Below, one piece after another: positions 32,035 to 43,074 of a stretch of 64,000 nucleotides of DNA. The stretch comes from an uncultured Atopostipes sp. GTDB taxonomy: Bacteria > Bacillota > Bacilli > Lactobacillales > Carnobacteriaceae_A. The position numbers and the translations under genes were made by a program. The notes beneath the pieces are model-generated. The model was not told the DNA's origin. It saw nothing but the letters and a program-made list of their open reading frames with translations, and did not search any database. The DNA lies in assembly GCA_910588235.1 (NCBI GenBank), contig CAJUOQ010000008.1, positions 476 through 64,475 on the forward strand, read 5' to 3'. The stretch's first letter is position 1. Every line of letters starts with the position of its first letter.

Positions 32035-32466
32035 ATGTTAGTACCTAGACGTGTTAAGTACCGTCGTCAGTTCCGTGGTAAAATGCGCGGTGAAGCAAAA
32101 GGCGGTAAAGAAGTAGCATTCGGACAATACGGATTGCAAGCACTTGATTCAAAATGGATTACAAGTCGTCAAATTGAAGCAGCACGTATTGCAATGACTC
32201 GTTTTATGAAACGTGGAGGGAAAGTATGGATTAAGATCTTCCCTCATAAACCAGTATCAGCTAAAGCAATCGGTGTTCGTATGGGTTCAGGTAAAGGAGC
32301 TCCAGAAGACTGGGTAGCCCCTACAAAACGTGGTAAAATCATGTTTGAAGTCGGTGGAGTTTCAGAAGAAGTAGCTCACGAAGCATTGCGCTTAGCATCA
32401 CATAAACTACCAGTTAGAACGAGAATTGTCTCTCGTGAAGAAAGTGGTGACTCGCATGAAAGCTAA
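32035..32466 (+). CDS. rplP: 50S ribosomal protein L16
   Basis: 143 aa, [15 protein letters not shown].. Confidence 0.97.
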   Translation: MLVPRRVKYRRQFRGKMRGEAKGGKEVAFGQYGLQALDSKWITSRQIEAARIAMTRFMKRGGKVWIKIFPHKPVSAKAIGVRMGSGKGAPEDWVAPTKRGKIMFEVGGVSEEVAHEALRLASHKLPVRTRIVSREESGDSHES

Positions 32467-32656
32467 AGATTTAGTAGGATTATCCACTGAAGAATTATTA
32501 GAAAAAGAAGCAGACTATAGACAAGAGCTATTCAACTTACGCTTTCAATTAGCGACAGGACAACTAGAAAACACTGCGCGAATTAAACAAGTAAGAAAGA
32601 ATATTGCTCGAGTAAAAACAGTTTTACGTCAAGCAGAAATTGCTCAAGAAGCATAA
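32456..32656 (+). CDS. rpmC: 50S ribosomal protein L29
   Basis: The true start is ATG 32456 ([14 protein letters not shown]..), overlapping the rplP end. 66 aa. Confidence 0.94.
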   Translation: MKAKDLVGLSTEELLEKEADYRQELFNLRFQLATGQLENTARIKQVRKNIARVKTVLRQAEIAQEA

Positions 32657-32693
32657 TTGACATTTCCTTATAATGAAAAAAGGAGGCAATAAA

Positions 32694-32957
32694 TTGGCAG
32701 ATCGTAATGAACGAAAAGTTTACGTTGGACGCGTTGTTTCGGACAAAATGGACAAAACAATCGTCGTAGAGATTTCAGCTCGTAAACAACACACTAAATA
32801 CAGAAAAAGACTGAACTATTCAACAAAATTAACAGCTCATGATGAAAACAACAGTGCAAAAGATGGGGATTTAGTAAGAATCATGGAAACCCGTCCGCTA
32901 TCAAAAACAAAACGTTTCCGTTTAGTTGATATAGTGGAAGAATCTGTAGTTCTATAA
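32694..32957 (+). CDS. rpsQ: 30S ribosomal protein S17
   Basis: A TTG at 32694 lies 7 nt after aaggagg. 87 aa, (M)[21 protein letters not shown].. Confidence 0.93.
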   Translation: MADRNERKVYVGRVVSDKMDKTIVVEISARKQHTKYRKRLNYSTKLTAHDENNSAKDGDLVRIMETRPLSKTKRFRLVDIVEESVVL

Positions 32958-32999
32958 TCATCTGGAAATTACTTGAAACTGTGAAGGGAGGACTCTGAC

Positions 33000-33368
33000 A
33001 TGATTCAAACAGAAAGTAAAATGAAAGTCGCTGACAACTCTGGGGCACGTATCGTAAAAGTGATCAAAGTTTTAGGTGGATCCGGTGCGAAATATGCAAA
33101 CATTGGTGATGAAGCAGTTGTTGCTGTACAACAAGCTACACCAGGCGGCGTTGTCAAAAAAGGTGAAATAGCACGTGCAGTTATTGTGCGTTCAAGAACT
33201 GGAGTTCGTCGACCAGATGGTTCATACATCAAGTTTGACGAGAATGCCTGTGTTTTACTTCGTGATGATAGATCACCACGAGGAACACGTATTTTTGGGC
33301 CGGTTGCAAGAGAATTACGTGATAATAACTTTATGCGTATAATTTCGTTAGCACCGGAAGTACTATAA
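33000..33368 (+). CDS. rplN: 50S ribosomal protein L14
   Basis: 122 aa, [17 protein letters not shown].. Confidence 0.97.
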   Translation: MIQTESKMKVADNSGARIVKVIKVLGGSGAKYANIGDEAVVAVQQATPGGVVKKGEIARAVIVRSRTGVRRPDGSYIKFDENACVLLRDDRSPRGTRIFGPVARELRDNNFMRIISLAPEVL

Positions 33369-33398
33369 TTATTAATCGAATACAAGGAGGTGCACGAA

Positions 33399-33704
33399 AT
33401 GTTTGTTAAAACAGGAGATACTGTAAAGGTTATTTCAGGTAACCATAAAGGTGAAACAGGCGAAGTTCTTAAAGTTTTACCAAAAGTAAATAAAGTAATT
33501 GTTGAAGATGTAAACATCGTCAAAAAACATATCCGACCAACAGGAATGGGCCAAGAAGGCGGAATCGTTGAAGAAGAAGCAGCAATCGATGCTTCAAATG
33601 TTCAACTCGTTGACCCAGAGACTGGGGAAGCTTCAAGAATCGGGTATAAAGAAGAAGACGGCAAAAAAGTGCGCTATTTTAAAAAATCAGGAAACACTTT
33701 ATAA
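33399..33704 (+). CDS. rplX: 50S ribosomal protein L24
   Basis: ATG 33399 ([14 protein letters not shown]..) follows aaggagg. 101 aa with a KOW motif. Confidence 0.95.
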   Translation: MFVKTGDTVKVISGNHKGETGEVLKVLPKVNKVIVEDVNIVKKHIRPTGMGQEGGIVEEEAAIDASNVQLVDPETGEASRIGYKEEDGKKVRYFKKSGNTL

Positions 33705-33733
33705 AATAGTGAAGAAGGGAGGATATCTCTGAG

Positions 33734-34273
33734 ATGAATCGTTTGAAAGAACAATACCAAAATGAAATTGTAGACTCATTAATGGAAAAATTTGATTATG
33801 AATCAGTAATGGAAGTTCCAAAAATTGAAAAAATCGTTCTAAACATGGGTGTAGGTGATGCAGTATCAAACACTCGTAATTTAGAAAATGCAGTCAACGA
33901 ACTTACGTTAATCGCTGGTCAAAAACCAGTTGTTACTCGCGCGAAAAGATCAGTTGCAGGCTTCCGTTTACGTGAAGGAATGCCAATTGGTACGAAAGTA
34001 ACTCTTCGTGGTGAGCGTATGTATGATTTCTTAGACAAATTAGTTTCTGTCTCATTACCTCGTGTACGTGACTTCCGTGGTGTAAATAAAAACTCATTTG
34101 ACGGACGTGGAAACTACACTTTAGGTGTGAGTGAGCAATTAATTTTCCCTGAAATTAGCTACGATGACGTAAGCAAAGTTCGTGGATTAGATATCGTAAT
34201 TGTTACAACGGCAGAAACAGATGAAGAAAGTAGAGAATTACTTTCACAATTAGGAATGCCATTCCAAAAATAA
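33734..34273 (+). CDS. rplE: 50S ribosomal protein L5
   Basis: 179 aa, [13 protein letters not shown].. Confidence 0.97.
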   Translation: MNRLKEQYQNEIVDSLMEKFDYESVMEVPKIEKIVLNMGVGDAVSNTRNLENAVNELTLIAGQKPVVTRAKRSVAGFRLREGMPIGTKVTLRGERMYDFLDKLVSVSLPRVRDFRGVNKNSFDGRGNYTLGVSEQLIFPEISYDDVSKVRGLDIVIVTTAETDEESRELLSQLGMPFQK

Positions 34274-34300
34274 TAAAGATCGAGGAGGACTTGATACAAC

Positions 34301-34486
34301 ATGGCTAGAAAAGCTTTAATTGAAAAAAACAAAAAACCAGCTAAATATTCTACTCAAGAGTACACAAGATGTGAACGCTGTGGTAGACCTCACTCAGTAT
34401 ATCGTAAATTTAAATTATGCAGAATTTGTCTTCGTGAATTAGCACATAAAGGACAAATCCCTGGATTGAAAAAAGCTAGCTGGTAA
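34301..34486 (+). CDS. rpsN: 30S ribosomal protein S14, short zinc-binding (type Z) form
   Basis: 61 aa with CERCGR..CRIC. Confidence 0.96.
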   Translation: MARKALIEKNKKPAKYSTQEYTRCERCGRPHSVYRKFKLCRICLRELAHKGQIPGLKKASW

Positions 34487-34522
34487 TACCCTAGACAGAT
34501 TTGGAATAAGGAGGCTAATGTT

Positions 34523-34921
34523 ATGGTAATGACGGATCCAATCGCGGATTTTGTAACAAGAATCCGAAATGCAAATGATGCAAAACATGCACAAGTTGAC
34601 ATCCCTGCATCAAACATTAAATATGAAATTGCAAAAATCCTTAAAGAAGAAGGATTTATTAAAAACGTTGACTATATTAAAAACGACAAACAGGGAACTG
34701 TTCGTATCGATTTAAAATATGGTCCAAATGACGAAAAAATCATCACTGGATTGAAACGTATTTCTAAACCTGGTTTACGTATCTATGCTAAAGCAGAAGA
34801 AGTACCTAAAGTACTTAACGGTTTAGGAATTGCACTTGTTTCAACTTCAGAAGGAGTAGTTACTGATAAAGTTGCTCGCGCAAGAAACATCGGTGGCGAA
34901 GTATTAGCATACGTTTGGTAA
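34523..34921 (+). CDS. rpsH: 30S ribosomal protein S8
   Basis: 132 aa, [17 protein letters not shown].. Confidence 0.97.
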   Translation: MVMTDPIADFVTRIRNANDAKHAQVDIPASNIKYEIAKILKEEGFIKNVDYIKNDKQGTVRIDLKYGPNDEKIITGLKRISKPGLRIYAKAEEVPKVLNGLGIALVSTSEGVVTDKVARARNIGGEVLAYVW

Positions 34922-34949
34922 AATTTAATAACAAGGAGGTGCGGACGTA

Positions 34950-35486
34950 ATGAGCCGAATCGGAAATCTACCTATTGAAATTCCAGAAGGTGTAGAAGTA
35001 GAACTTAATGGAAATACAGTTACTGTAAAAGGTAAAAATGGTGAATTAACTCGTGGTTTAAGCCCGTTAATTGATGTAAATATAGAAGATAACGTAATTA
35101 CTTTTACTCGTACAAACGAGAGTAAGAAAAGTCAAATGCTTCATGGAACAACTCGAACAACAGTTAATAACTTAGTTGAAGGTGTTTCAGAAGGATACTC
35201 TAAAAAACTAGAAATTGTGGGTGTTGGTTACCGTGCACAAATGCAAGGGAACAAACTCGTTTTAAACTTAGGATTATCACATCCAGTAGAGTTTGAAGCA
35301 CCAGAAGGAATCGAAATTGAAGTTCCTTCAAACACTGAAGTTATTATTAAAGGTGCTGACAAAGAGGCTGTTGGAGCTTTAGCAGCAAATATTCGAGCAG
35401 TACGATCACCTGAACCATATAAAGGAAAAGGTGTCCGCTACGAAGGCGAATTTGTTCGTCGTAAAGAAGGTAAAACAGGTAAATAA
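34950..35486 (+). CDS. rplF: 50S ribosomal protein L6
   Basis: 178 aa, [15 protein letters not shown].. Confidence 0.97.
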   Translation: MSRIGNLPIEIPEGVEVELNGNTVTVKGKNGELTRGLSPLIDVNIEDNVITFTRTNESKKSQMLHGTTRTTVNNLVEGVSEGYSKKLEIVGVGYRAQMQGNKLVLNLGLSHPVEFEAPEGIEIEVPSNTEVIIKGADKEAVGALAANIRAVRSPEPYKGKGVRYEGEFVRRKEGKTGK

Positions 35487-35573
35487 ACAATATAATTTAT
35501 ATATTGTTTTTATCTGTCTTAAACTATGAAATTAAACTTATAAAAAATAGATAATTAGTATAGAGGTGACATT

Positions 35574-35933
35574 GTGATTACAAAACCAGATAAAAATAAA
35601 ACTCGTAAGAAAAGACATCAAAGAGTACGTCGTAAAATTTCTGGTACTGCAGAGTGCCCGCGTTTAAACGTATTTCGTTCAAATAAAAACATCTACACTC
35701 AATTAATTGATGATGTAGAGGGTGTAACGCTAGCAAGTGCATCTACCTTAGATAATGAAATTTCTGATGAAGATACAAAAGTAGAACAAGCTGCAGCAGT
35801 TGGTAAGCTAGTTGCTGAACGCGCGCAAGAAAACGACATTAAAGAAGTTGTTTTTGACCGTGGTGGTTATAAATATCATGGCCGTGTAGCAGCATTAGCA
35901 GAAGCAGCTCGTGAAAATGGCTTAGAATTTTAA
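35574..35933 (+). CDS. rplR: 50S ribosomal protein L18
   Basis: 119 aa with a GTG start; sequence includes ..[27 protein letters not shown]. Confidence 0.96.
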   Translation: MITKPDKNKTRKKRHQRVRRKISGTAECPRLNVFRSNKNIYTQLIDDVEGVTLASASTLDNEISDEDTKVEQAAAVGKLVAERAQENDIKEVVFDRGGYKYHGRVAALAEAARENGLEF

Positions 35934-35953
35934 GTAAAGGAGGAAATATATAA

Positions 35954-36457
35954 ATGGTATCAAATATTGATGCATCGACTTTAGATTTAGAAGATCGTGT
36001 TGTCGAGATTAACCGAGTAACTAAAGTTGTTAAAGGTGGACGTAACCTCCGTTTTAACGCTTTAGTAATTGTTGGTGACAGAAATGGTCACGTAGGAATG
36101 GGAACTGGTAAAGCACAAGAAGTTCCAGAAGCTATTCGTAAAGCAGTTGAAGATGCAAAAGAAAACTTAATCGAAGTACCACTTGTTGATACAACAATTC
36201 CTCACGAAGTAATTGGAGTACATGGTGGTGGACGAGTTATGTTGCGTCCAGCTGTTGCCGGTGCAGGAGTTTCTGCTGGTGGACCTGTTCGTGCAGTCTT
36301 AGAATTAGCTGGTGTTGAAGACATTTCTTCAAAATCAATCGGTTCAAGTTCTGCGATCAACATGGTTCGTGCAACACTTGAAGGAATTACACAACTTAAA
36401 AAAGCAGAAGATGTTGCGAAATTACGTGGCAAATCTGTTGATGAATTACTAAATTAA
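35954..36457 (+). CDS. rpsE: 30S ribosomal protein S5
   Basis: 167 aa with ..[20 protein letters not shown].. Confidence 0.97.
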   Translation: MVSNIDASTLDLEDRVVEINRVTKVVKGGRNLRFNALVIVGDRNGHVGMGTGKAQEVPEAIRKAVEDAKENLIEVPLVDTTIPHEVIGVHGGGRVMLRPAVAGAGVSAGGPVRAVLELAGVEDISSKSIGSSSAINMVRATLEGITQLKKAEDVAKLRGKSVDELLN

Positions 36458-36470
36458 GGAGGATGGCGCA

Positions 36471-36659
36471 ATGGCGAACTTAAAAGTTACATTGAGAAGA
36501 AGTTTGATTGGTCGTCCAGAGAAACAACATCGAGTGCTACAATCTTTAGGATTGGGCAAGAAAATCAATTCATCCGTTGTCGTACCAGACACAGATGCTA
36601 ACCGTAAATCAATCAAACATGTTGAACATTTAGTAGAAGTAGAAGAAATTACTGAATAA
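36471..36659 (+). CDS. rpmD: 50S ribosomal protein L30
   Basis: 62 aa, [19 protein letters not shown].. Confidence 0.96.
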   Translation: MANLKVTLRRSLIGRPEKQHRVLQSLGLGKKINSSVVVPDTDANRKSIKHVEHLVEVEEITE

Positions 36660-36687
36660 ATCATTCGAAAAGGAGGTGCCTATAATC

Positions 36688-37128
36688 ATGAAATTACATG
36701 AATTGAAATCGGCAGAAGGATCTCGTAAAAAAAGAAACCGCGTAGGTCGTGGACCTTCATCGGGAAATGGTAAAACTGCAGGACGTGGTCAAAAAGGACA
36801 AAAAGCACGTAACACTCCAGGACCAAATCCATGGTTTGAGGGTGGACAAACACCACTATTCCAAAGATTACCTAAACGAGGTTTCACAAACGTTAGCCGT
36901 AAAGAATACTCAATCATTAACTTAGACGCTTTAAACAGATTCGATGAAGGAACTGAAGTTACTCCAGAATTATTGTTAGAAACAGGCGTTTTAAGTAAAG
37001 AAAGAGCTGGCGTAAAAGTATTGGCAAAAGGATCGATTGATCGCAAATTGACAGTGAAGGCCCATAAATTCTCCAGAGCTGCTCAAGAGGCAATCGAAGC
37101 TGCTGGAGGATCCATCGAGGTGATCTAA
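36688..37128 (+). CDS. rplO: 50S ribosomal protein L15
   Basis: ATG 36688 ([14 protein letters not shown]..) follows aaaggagg. 146 aa. Confidence 0.95.
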   Translation: MKLHELKSAEGSRKKRNRVGRGPSSGNGKTAGRGQKGQKARNTPGPNPWFEGGQTPLFQRLPKRGFTNVSRKEYSIINLDALNRFDEGTEVTPELLLETGVLSKERAGVKVLAKGSIDRKLTVKAHKFSRAAQEAIEAAGGSIEVI

Positions 37129-38447
37129 TGATCGAATTGTTAAAAGGGGCATTTAAAGAAAAATTTATTCGAAACCGAGTACTCTTTACACTTGGGTTGA
37201 TTTTAGTTTTTCGATTTGGAACTTATATTACGGTTCCGGGTGTAAATGCTGCCGCTATACAAGACCTTTCTACATCAGGGCTATTTAATTTATTAGATAC
37301 CTTTGGTGGAGGAGCGCTTCAGAACTATTCGATCTTTGCACTGGGAATATCCCCATACATTACATCCTCAATCATTGTTCAACTATTACAAATGGATGTA
37401 GTTCCAAAGTTTACAGAATGGGCTGAACAAGGTGAAGTAGGGCGACGTAAATTAAATCAAACAACTCGTTATTTAACCATCTTTGTGGCATTTTTACAAG
37501 CATTGGCTATCTCACTAGGGTTTAATACCTTAGCGGATCTTGATTTAATTATGAATCCAGGATTAATGACCTATCTTAAAATAGCAATCATTATGACAGC
37601 CGGAACAATGTTCGTTATGTGGTTAGGAGAAATGATTACTGTCAAAGGAATTGGGAATGGAACTTCTCTTATTATCTTTTCAGGAATTGTTGCTCGAATT
37701 CCACATGATCTTGTAGACATCTATAATACACAAATTAGAAATGCGGGAGAAGAAATTGTTCAATCAACGATCTTCTTGATTGTATTGGCAATTATCTTCC
37801 TTTTACTCGTCGTTTTTGTGGTGTATATGGAGAATGCACGTAGAAATATACCAATTCGTTACTCAAAAAGAGCTGTCTCGTCTGAAGAGGCTGTTTTACC
37901 GTTAAAAGTAAACTCAGCTGGCGTTATTCCAGTAATCTTTGCGAGCTCATTTATGATGGTGCCACAAATCATTTTAGGGTTGTTTGCATCAGGTAACCAA
38001 TCAGCAACATGGTTCCAAGTAATCAATAGCATGTTTAACATGCAAGAACCTGTTGGGGCAATTTTATATATCGCATTAATTGTACTCTTTACTTACTTTT
38101 ATGCTTTTATTCAGGTAAATCCTGAAAAAGCCGCTGAAAACTTACAGAGACAAAATGCTTATATTCCACGTGTCCGTCCAGGAAGAGAAACAGAAAACTA
38201 TATTAATTATATGCTCGTTCGCTTAAGTACCGTTGGAGCATTTTATCTTGCTTTAATTTCGATTCTTCCAATCATCGCATCATCTATTTGGAACCTTTCA
38301 GCATTAGCGCTTGGAGGAACCAGTCTATTGATTGTTGTCGGTGTTGGTTTAGACTTTACAAACCAATTGGAAGGCTTACTAAGCAAAACGAGTTATACTG
38401 GCTTTATTTATGAATACGAACCAAAGTATTCTACTGAAAATAAATGA
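37128..38447 (+). CDS. secY: Preprotein translocase subunit SecY
   Basis: 439 aa, polytopic. The start overlaps the rplO stop, and the position in the spc operon is conserved. Confidence 0.97.
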   Translation: MIELLKGAFKEKFIRNRVLFTLGLILVFRFGTYITVPGVNAAAIQDLSTSGLFNLLDTFGGGALQNYSIFALGISPYITSSIIVQLLQMDVVPKFTEWAEQGEVGRRKLNQTTRYLTIFVAFLQALAISLGFNTLADLDLIMNPGLMTYLKIAIIMTAGTMFVMWLGEMITVKGIGNGTSLIIFSGIVARIPHDLVDIYNTQIRNAGEEIVQSTIFLIVLAIIFLLLVVFVVYMENARRNIPIRYSKRAVSSEEAVLPLKVNSAGVIPVIFASSFMMVPQIILGLFASGNQSATWFQVINSMFNMQEPVGAILYIALIVLFTYFYAFIQVNPEKAAENLQRQNAYIPRVRPGRETENYINYMLVRLSTVGAFYLALISILPIIASSIWNLSALALGGTSLLIVVGVGLDFTNQLEGLLSKTSYTGFIYEYEPKYSTENK

Positions 38448-38497
38448 TAGTATTCTTTAAGCATACATTTTATGCATAAATAGGGGAGGATATAAAG

Positions 38498-39145
38498 ATG
38501 GATTTAATCTTATTAGGTTTGCCTGGTGCTGGGAAAGGTACACAAGCAGAATATTTAGTGGAGGAATATAATATTCCACACATTTCGACAGGTGATATCT
38601 TCCGAGCAGCAACAAAAAATGAAACCCCTCTTGGATTAGAAGCGAAAAAGTATATGGACGCTGGTGAATTAGTACCGGACGAAGTTACGAATAATATCGT
38701 TAAAGAAAGATTACAAGAAGAAGATGTAAAAGATGGATTTTTACTTGATGGTTATCCTAGAACTTTAAATCAAAGTGAAGCTTTAAGAGATAATTTACAA
38801 GAACTTGGTAGAGAATTAGATGCTGTTATTTATTTAAATGTTCCGAAAGATATTTTAGTGGAACGTTTAGCAGGTCGTTACATTTGCTCAAACTGTGGAG
38901 CGACTTATCATAAACTCAATAACCCAACAAAGGTTGAAGGAGTATGTGATCGATGTGGCGGGACAGATTTCTATCAAAGAGAAGACGATAAACCTGAAAC
39001 AGTTAAAAAGCGGATCAAAGTAAATGAAGAACAGACCGATAAACTTGTTGATTTTTATCAAGAAGAAGGCGTTCTAATTGAAGTCGATGGGAATCAAGAT
39101 CCTGAAGATACATTCGCTGAAATTAAAGAATTGTTGAAGGGCTAA
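38498..39145 (+). CDS. adk: Adenylate kinase (zinc-lid type)
   Basis: 215 aa. P-loop GLPGAGKGT and lid CSNCG..CDRCG. Confidence 0.97.
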   Translation: MDLILLGLPGAGKGTQAEYLVEEYNIPHISTGDIFRAATKNETPLGLEAKKYMDAGELVPDEVTNNIVKERLQEEDVKDGFLLDGYPRTLNQSEALRDNLQELGRELDAVIYLNVPKDILVERLAGRYICSNCGATYHKLNNPTKVEGVCDRCGGTDFYQREDDKPETVKKRIKVNEEQTDKLVDFYQEEGVLIEVDGNQDPEDTFAEIKELLKG

Positions 39146-39269
39146 ACGTTGAAACACTGGCGGTTTTGTAGTATAATACTAAGAGTGTTTTCCTATAAGA
39201 TAAGGGAAACAATTTGAAGTAATAATAAATAACTAATAATTGTGATGACATTAGAGGAGGGATCCAGGC

Positions 39270-39488
39270 ATGGCAAAAGAAGATATGATTGAAGTAGAAG
39301 GAACAGTTACTGAAACTTTACCCAATGCAATGTTTAATGTAGAGCTTGAAAATGGGCATGAAATTCTAGCGCATGTTTCTGGCAAAATTCGTATGAACTA
39401 CATCCGGATTCTGCCTGGAGACAAAGTAACAGTCGAAATGTCACCGTATGACTTAACTAAAGGACGTATCACGTATCGATACAAATAA
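39270..39488 (+). CDS. infA: Translation initiation factor IF-1
   Basis: 72 aa, [22 protein letters not shown].. Confidence 0.97.
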   Translation: MAKEDMIEVEGTVTETLPNAMFNVELENGHEILAHVSGKIRMNYIRILPGDKVTVEMSPYDLTKGRITYRYK

Positions 39489-39518
39489 AAATTCCTGATA
39501 TTCATGGAGGTTTAAAAA

Positions 39519-39632
39519 ATGAAAGTAAGACCATCAGTAAAAAAAATGTGTGACAATTGCAAAATCGTTCGTCGTAAAGGACGAGTACATGTAATTTGTA
39601 GCAATCCAAAACACAAACAAAGACAAGGATAA
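39519..39632 (+). CDS. rpmJ: 50S ribosomal protein L36
   Basis: Not in the ORF track. [37 protein letters not shown] follows SD ggagg. Confidence 0.93.
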   Translation: MKVRPSVKKMCDNCKIVRRKGRVHVICSNPKHKQRQG

Positions 39633-39651
39633 TAAGCAGGAGGTGCAATAA

Positions 39652-39993
39652 ATGGCACGTATAGCTGGAGTAGATATTCCACGTGACAAACAAATCGTTA
39701 TCTCATTAACTTATATTTATGGAATCGGAAAAACGACTGCTCAAAAAGTTTTACAAGCAGCAGGAGTACCGGAAGAAACCCGTGTAAGTGAACTTACAAA
39801 CGATCAGTTAGACGCAATTCGCTCAGAAGTTAACGAATTAAGAATCGAAGGTGACCTTCGTCGTGAAGTTTCACAAAACATTAAACGACTAACTGAAATT
39901 GGTTCATACCGTGGTTCACGTCACCGTAAAGGTTTACCTGTACGCGGACAAAAAACTAAAAATAACGCACGTACTCGAAAAGGTTCAAAATAA
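39652..39993 (+). CDS. rpsM: 30S ribosomal protein S13
   Basis: 113 aa, [13 protein letters not shown].. The C-terminus is slightly shorter than many S13 proteins. Confidence 0.95.
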   Translation: MARIAGVDIPRDKQIVISLTYIYGIGKTTAQKVLQAAGVPEETRVSELTNDQLDAIRSEVNELRIEGDLRREVSQNIKRLTEIGSYRGSRHRKGLPVRGQKTKNNARTRKGSK

Positions 39994-40026
39994 TAATATA
40001 CGAGTAGATAGGAGGAAAAGATTCGA

Positions 40027-40419
40027 ATGGCAAGAAGAAATAGAACACGTTCACGTAAACGTCAAAGAAAAAATATTGAGCATGGAGTTGCTCATGTTCG
40101 ATCAACATTTAACAACACGATTGTCATGATTTCAGATGTACACGGAAATGCAATTTCTTGGTCATCTGCTGGTGCATTAGGTTTCAAAGGATCTCGTAAA
40201 TCTACACCATTTGCTGCTCAAATGGCTGCGGAAGCTGCTGCAAAAGTAGCAATTGAAAATGGCATGAAAACTATTGAAGTATCAGTTAAAGGACCTGGGT
40301 CAGGCCGTGAATCAGCAATCCGTTCATTACAAGCTAACGGATTAGATGTTACAGCAATTCGTGATGTAACACCAATTCCACACAATGGTACCCGTCCTCC
40401 AAAACGCCGCCGCGTGTAA
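40027..40419 (+). CDS. rpsK: 30S ribosomal protein S11
   Basis: 130 aa with ..[14 protein letters not shown].. Confidence 0.97.
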   Translation: MARRNRTRSRKRQRKNIEHGVAHVRSTFNNTIVMISDVHGNAISWSSAGALGFKGSRKSTPFAAQMAAEAAAKVAIENGMKTIEVSVKGPGSGRESAIRSLQANGLDVTAIRDVTPIPHNGTRPPKRRRV

Positions 40420-40491
40420 TAAGGAAGTGCATTTTAATTTACTTAAAAACCGTTATGAGCACTGAACGTTTGAAAGGGGTAAACGGATTTT

Positions 40492-41436
40492 ATGATCGAA
40501 ATTGAAAAACCAGTAATCGAAACAGTTGAGATCAGCGATGATGAAAAATTCGGGAAGTTTGTCGTTGAACCGCTAGAACGTGGTTACGGGACAACTTTAG
40601 GAAATTCAATGCGTCGCATTTTGCTGTCATCATTACCGGGTGCAGCTATTACTAGCGTACAGATTGATGGCGTATTGCATGAATTTTCAACTGTTGACGG
40701 CGTTGTAGAAGATGTTACAGCGTTGGTCTTAAACTTGAAAAAGGTTGCTATGAAAATACATTCTGAAGATGTAAAAAACTTAGAATTGGATATTGAAGGC
40801 CCAGCAACAATTACAGCGGGCGATATTATTCATGACAGCGAAGTCGAAATTAAAAATCCTGATGTATATATTGGTACTGTAGCTGAAGGTGGCCATTTAC
40901 ATGCTCGAATGAATGCCCAAAGAGGTCGCGGATATGTCAATGCTGAAGATAATAAGCAAGACGATATGCCAATTGGTGTAATCCCAATCGACTCAATCTA
41001 TACCCCAATCACACGAGTGAACTACCATGTAGAAGATACTCGCGTAGGTGAAAGTGACCAATTTGATAAATTGACACTTGATGTATGGACAGATGGTTCC
41101 ATTTCACCAGAGGATAGTGTAAGCTTGGCTGCAAAAATTTTAACTGAGCATCTAAATATTTTCGTTAACCTCACTGAAGAAGCTCGTGAAGCAGAAATCA
41201 TGGTTGAGAAAGAAGAAACGAAAAAAGAAAAAATGCTTGAAATGACTGTTGAAGAACTTGATTTATCTGTTCGTTCATACAACTGTTTGAAACGTGCAGG
41301 AATCAATACTGTCGAGGAATTAACTGATAAAACAGAACCTGAAATGATGAAAGTCCGTAACTTAGGGAAGAAATCATTGACAGAAATCAAACAAAAATTA
41401 AATGAATTAGATTTATCTTTAAAAGATGAAATTTAA
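40492..41436 (+). CDS. rpoA: DNA-directed RNA polymerase subunit alpha
   Basis: 314 aa. The N-terminal domain has ..[24 protein letters not shown].. and the C-terminal domain has ..[20 protein letters not shown].. Confidence 0.97.
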   Translation: MIEIEKPVIETVEISDDEKFGKFVVEPLERGYGTTLGNSMRRILLSSLPGAAITSVQIDGVLHEFSTVDGVVEDVTALVLNLKKVAMKIHSEDVKNLELDIEGPATITAGDIIHDSEVEIKNPDVYIGTVAEGGHLHARMNAQRGRGYVNAEDNKQDDMPIGVIPIDSIYTPITRVNYHVEDTRVGESDQFDKLTLDVWTDGSISPEDSVSLAAKILTEHLNIFVNLTEEAREAEIMVEKEETKKEKMLEMTVEELDLSVRSYNCLKRAGINTVEELTDKTEPEMMKVRNLGKKSLTEIKQKLNELDLSLKDEI

Positions 41437-41474
41437 AAATATATTACTTTGTAGGTAAGGAGGATTTCAACTAA

Positions 41475-41993
41475 ATGGCATACCGTAAATTAGGACGTAC
41501 AAGTTCACAAAGAAAAGCTCTATTACGTGATTTAGTTTCTGACTTAATCATCAACGAGCGTATTAAAACAACAACTACTCGTGCGAAAGAAGTAGCCAAA
41601 TTAGCGAATAAATTAGTTACTCTTGGTAAACGAGGTGACTTGCATGCACGTCGTCAAGCAGACCAAATTTTACGTAATGAATTAGCTACTGTTGAAGAAA
41701 CTGAAGAAGCAATTATTGTAGAATCAGTTGTACAAAAATTATTTAATGAGATTGCTCCACGTTTTGAAACACGTAATGGAGGATATACACGCGTATTGAA
41801 AACAGAACCTCGTCGTGGTGATGGAGCTCCAATGGCAATTCTAGAATTTGTTGAAGAAGTTAACTTTGACGAAGTAGAAGATGAAGAAGAGCCAGCAGAA
41901 GAAGTAGCTGAAGATTCTGTAGAAGAAACAGAAGAAGTTGAAGCAGAAGATTCAACAGAAGCTGTAGAAGAAACAGAAGAAGCAGACGAATAA
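41475..41993 (+). CDS. rplQ: 50S ribosomal protein L17 with a ~45-aa acidic C-terminal extension
   Basis: 172 aa. The L17 core runs [20 protein letters not shown].. to ..[12 protein letters not shown], followed by a Glu/Asp/Val/Ala-rich tail. Confidence 0.95.
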   Translation: MAYRKLGRTSSQRKALLRDLVSDLIINERIKTTTTRAKEVAKLANKLVTLGKRGDLHARRQADQILRNELATVEETEEAIIVESVVQKLFNEIAPRFETRNGGYTRVLKTEPRRGDGAPMAILEFVEEVNFDEVEDEEEPAEEVAEDSVEETEEVEAEDSTEAVEETEEADE

Positions 41994-42085
41994 TATTCGT
42001 TCGAACTGAATAATACAATGACTCACTTTTTATGATGTATGGAGAGCGTTATGATGATGGATTATTCCAAGTGTCTAGCTCTAGT

Positions 42086-42113
42086 TTCTCCTGGGAGCTA
42101 ACTCCCGGGAGAA
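42086..42113. other. Strong GC-rich hairpin after rplQ with no U-tract
   Basis: 12-bp stem ttctcctgggag / ctcccgggagaa with loop ctaa. There is no T-run on either strand. Confidence 0.5.
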
Positions 42114-42237
42114 GCGTATATATCAAAAAGTGATTTTTTGTTTATATAAGGAGATTTTTATCAAAAAGTCGAAGGGGTAGCGTGAACTTGATCCTCTTAT
42201 AGCGACTAGTATCTAATGATGTACAGGAGTAATTAAA

Positions 42238-43074
42238 ATGAGCCTAATATCACTTCAAAATTTATTTTATCGATATACGACAAGTTCAGAAAAATTTGTG
42301 TTAAACGATATCTCTTTAACGATTGAAAAGGGCGAATGGATTACGCTAATTGGAGCTAATGGTTCAGGCAAGTCTACATTAGTTAAAACATTAAATGGTT
42401 TAAATGTCCCACAAAAAGGGGAAGTCACCATTGATGGCTTAGCCTTAAATGAAGAAAACATATGGACTATTCGCCAAAAAGTAGGCATGGTTTTTCAAAA
42501 TCCAGACAACCAATTTGTCGGTTCGACCGTTCAAGATGATGTAGCTTTTGGGTTAGAGAATATTGGAGTCCCTCGCGAAGAGATGATTGAGCGAATCGAT
42601 CAGGCCCTCATCCGAGTAGGGATGGAAAACTTTAAACAAATGGAACCTGCTAGACTTTCAGGTGGTCAAAAACAACGTGTAGCTATCGCGGGTATATTAG
42701 CATTACGCCCTGAAATTATTGTCTTAGACGAAGCCACAAGTATGTTAGATCCAAAAGGACGAGCGGAAGTTCTCTCCACTGTAAAGTCAGTAAAAGAGGA
42801 AAGTAACGTAACTGTTATTTCAATTACACATGACATTAATGAGGCTGCTCAAGCGGATCGAATTTTTGTAATGGAACAAGGTCAAATTAAGCATGTGGAT
42901 ACACCAGAAGAAATATTTAAGCTTGGAGAAGAACTAATAGATCTTGGTTTAAATGTTCCTTTTGCTGAACAATTGAAAGAAGAACTCGCGCGCCGTGGCT
43001 TAAATGTTCCAGAGGAATATATGACGGAAGAAAGGTTGGTGGAGTGGTTATGGAAATACGATTCGAAAATGTAA
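42238..43074 (+). CDS. ecfA1: ECF transporter ATPase subunit A1
   Basis: 278 aa. Walker A GANGSGKST, signature LSGGQKQRV, Walker B IIVLDEATS. The ecfA1-ecfA2-ecfT-truA order is canonical. Confidence 0.92.
   Translation: MSLISLQNLFYRYTTSSEKFVLNDISLTIEKGEWITLIGANGSGKSTLVKTLNGLNVPQKGEVTIDGLALNEENIWTIRQKVGMVFQNPDNQFVGSTVQDDVAFGLENIGVPREEMIERIDQALIRVGMENFKQMEPARLSGGQKQRVAIAGILALRPEIIVLDEATSMLDPKGRAEVLSTVKSVKEESNVTVISITHDINEAAQADRIFVMEQGQIKHVDTPEEIFKLGEELIDLGLNVPFAEQLKEELARRGLNVPEEYMTEERLVEWLWKYDSKM

Noticed and set aside
33005-33523. A 172-aa minus-strand ORF antisense to rplN/rplX. Similar antisense ORFs occur at 6222-6509, 6985-7236, 11593-12039, 27792-28037, 41022-41390 and 44199-44573, and on the plus strand at 51132-52055.
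   Set aside because: All lie fully inside confidently identified genes on the opposite strand. They have no SD and have low-complexity, mirror-codon compositions. They are treated as stop-codon-poor antisense frames.
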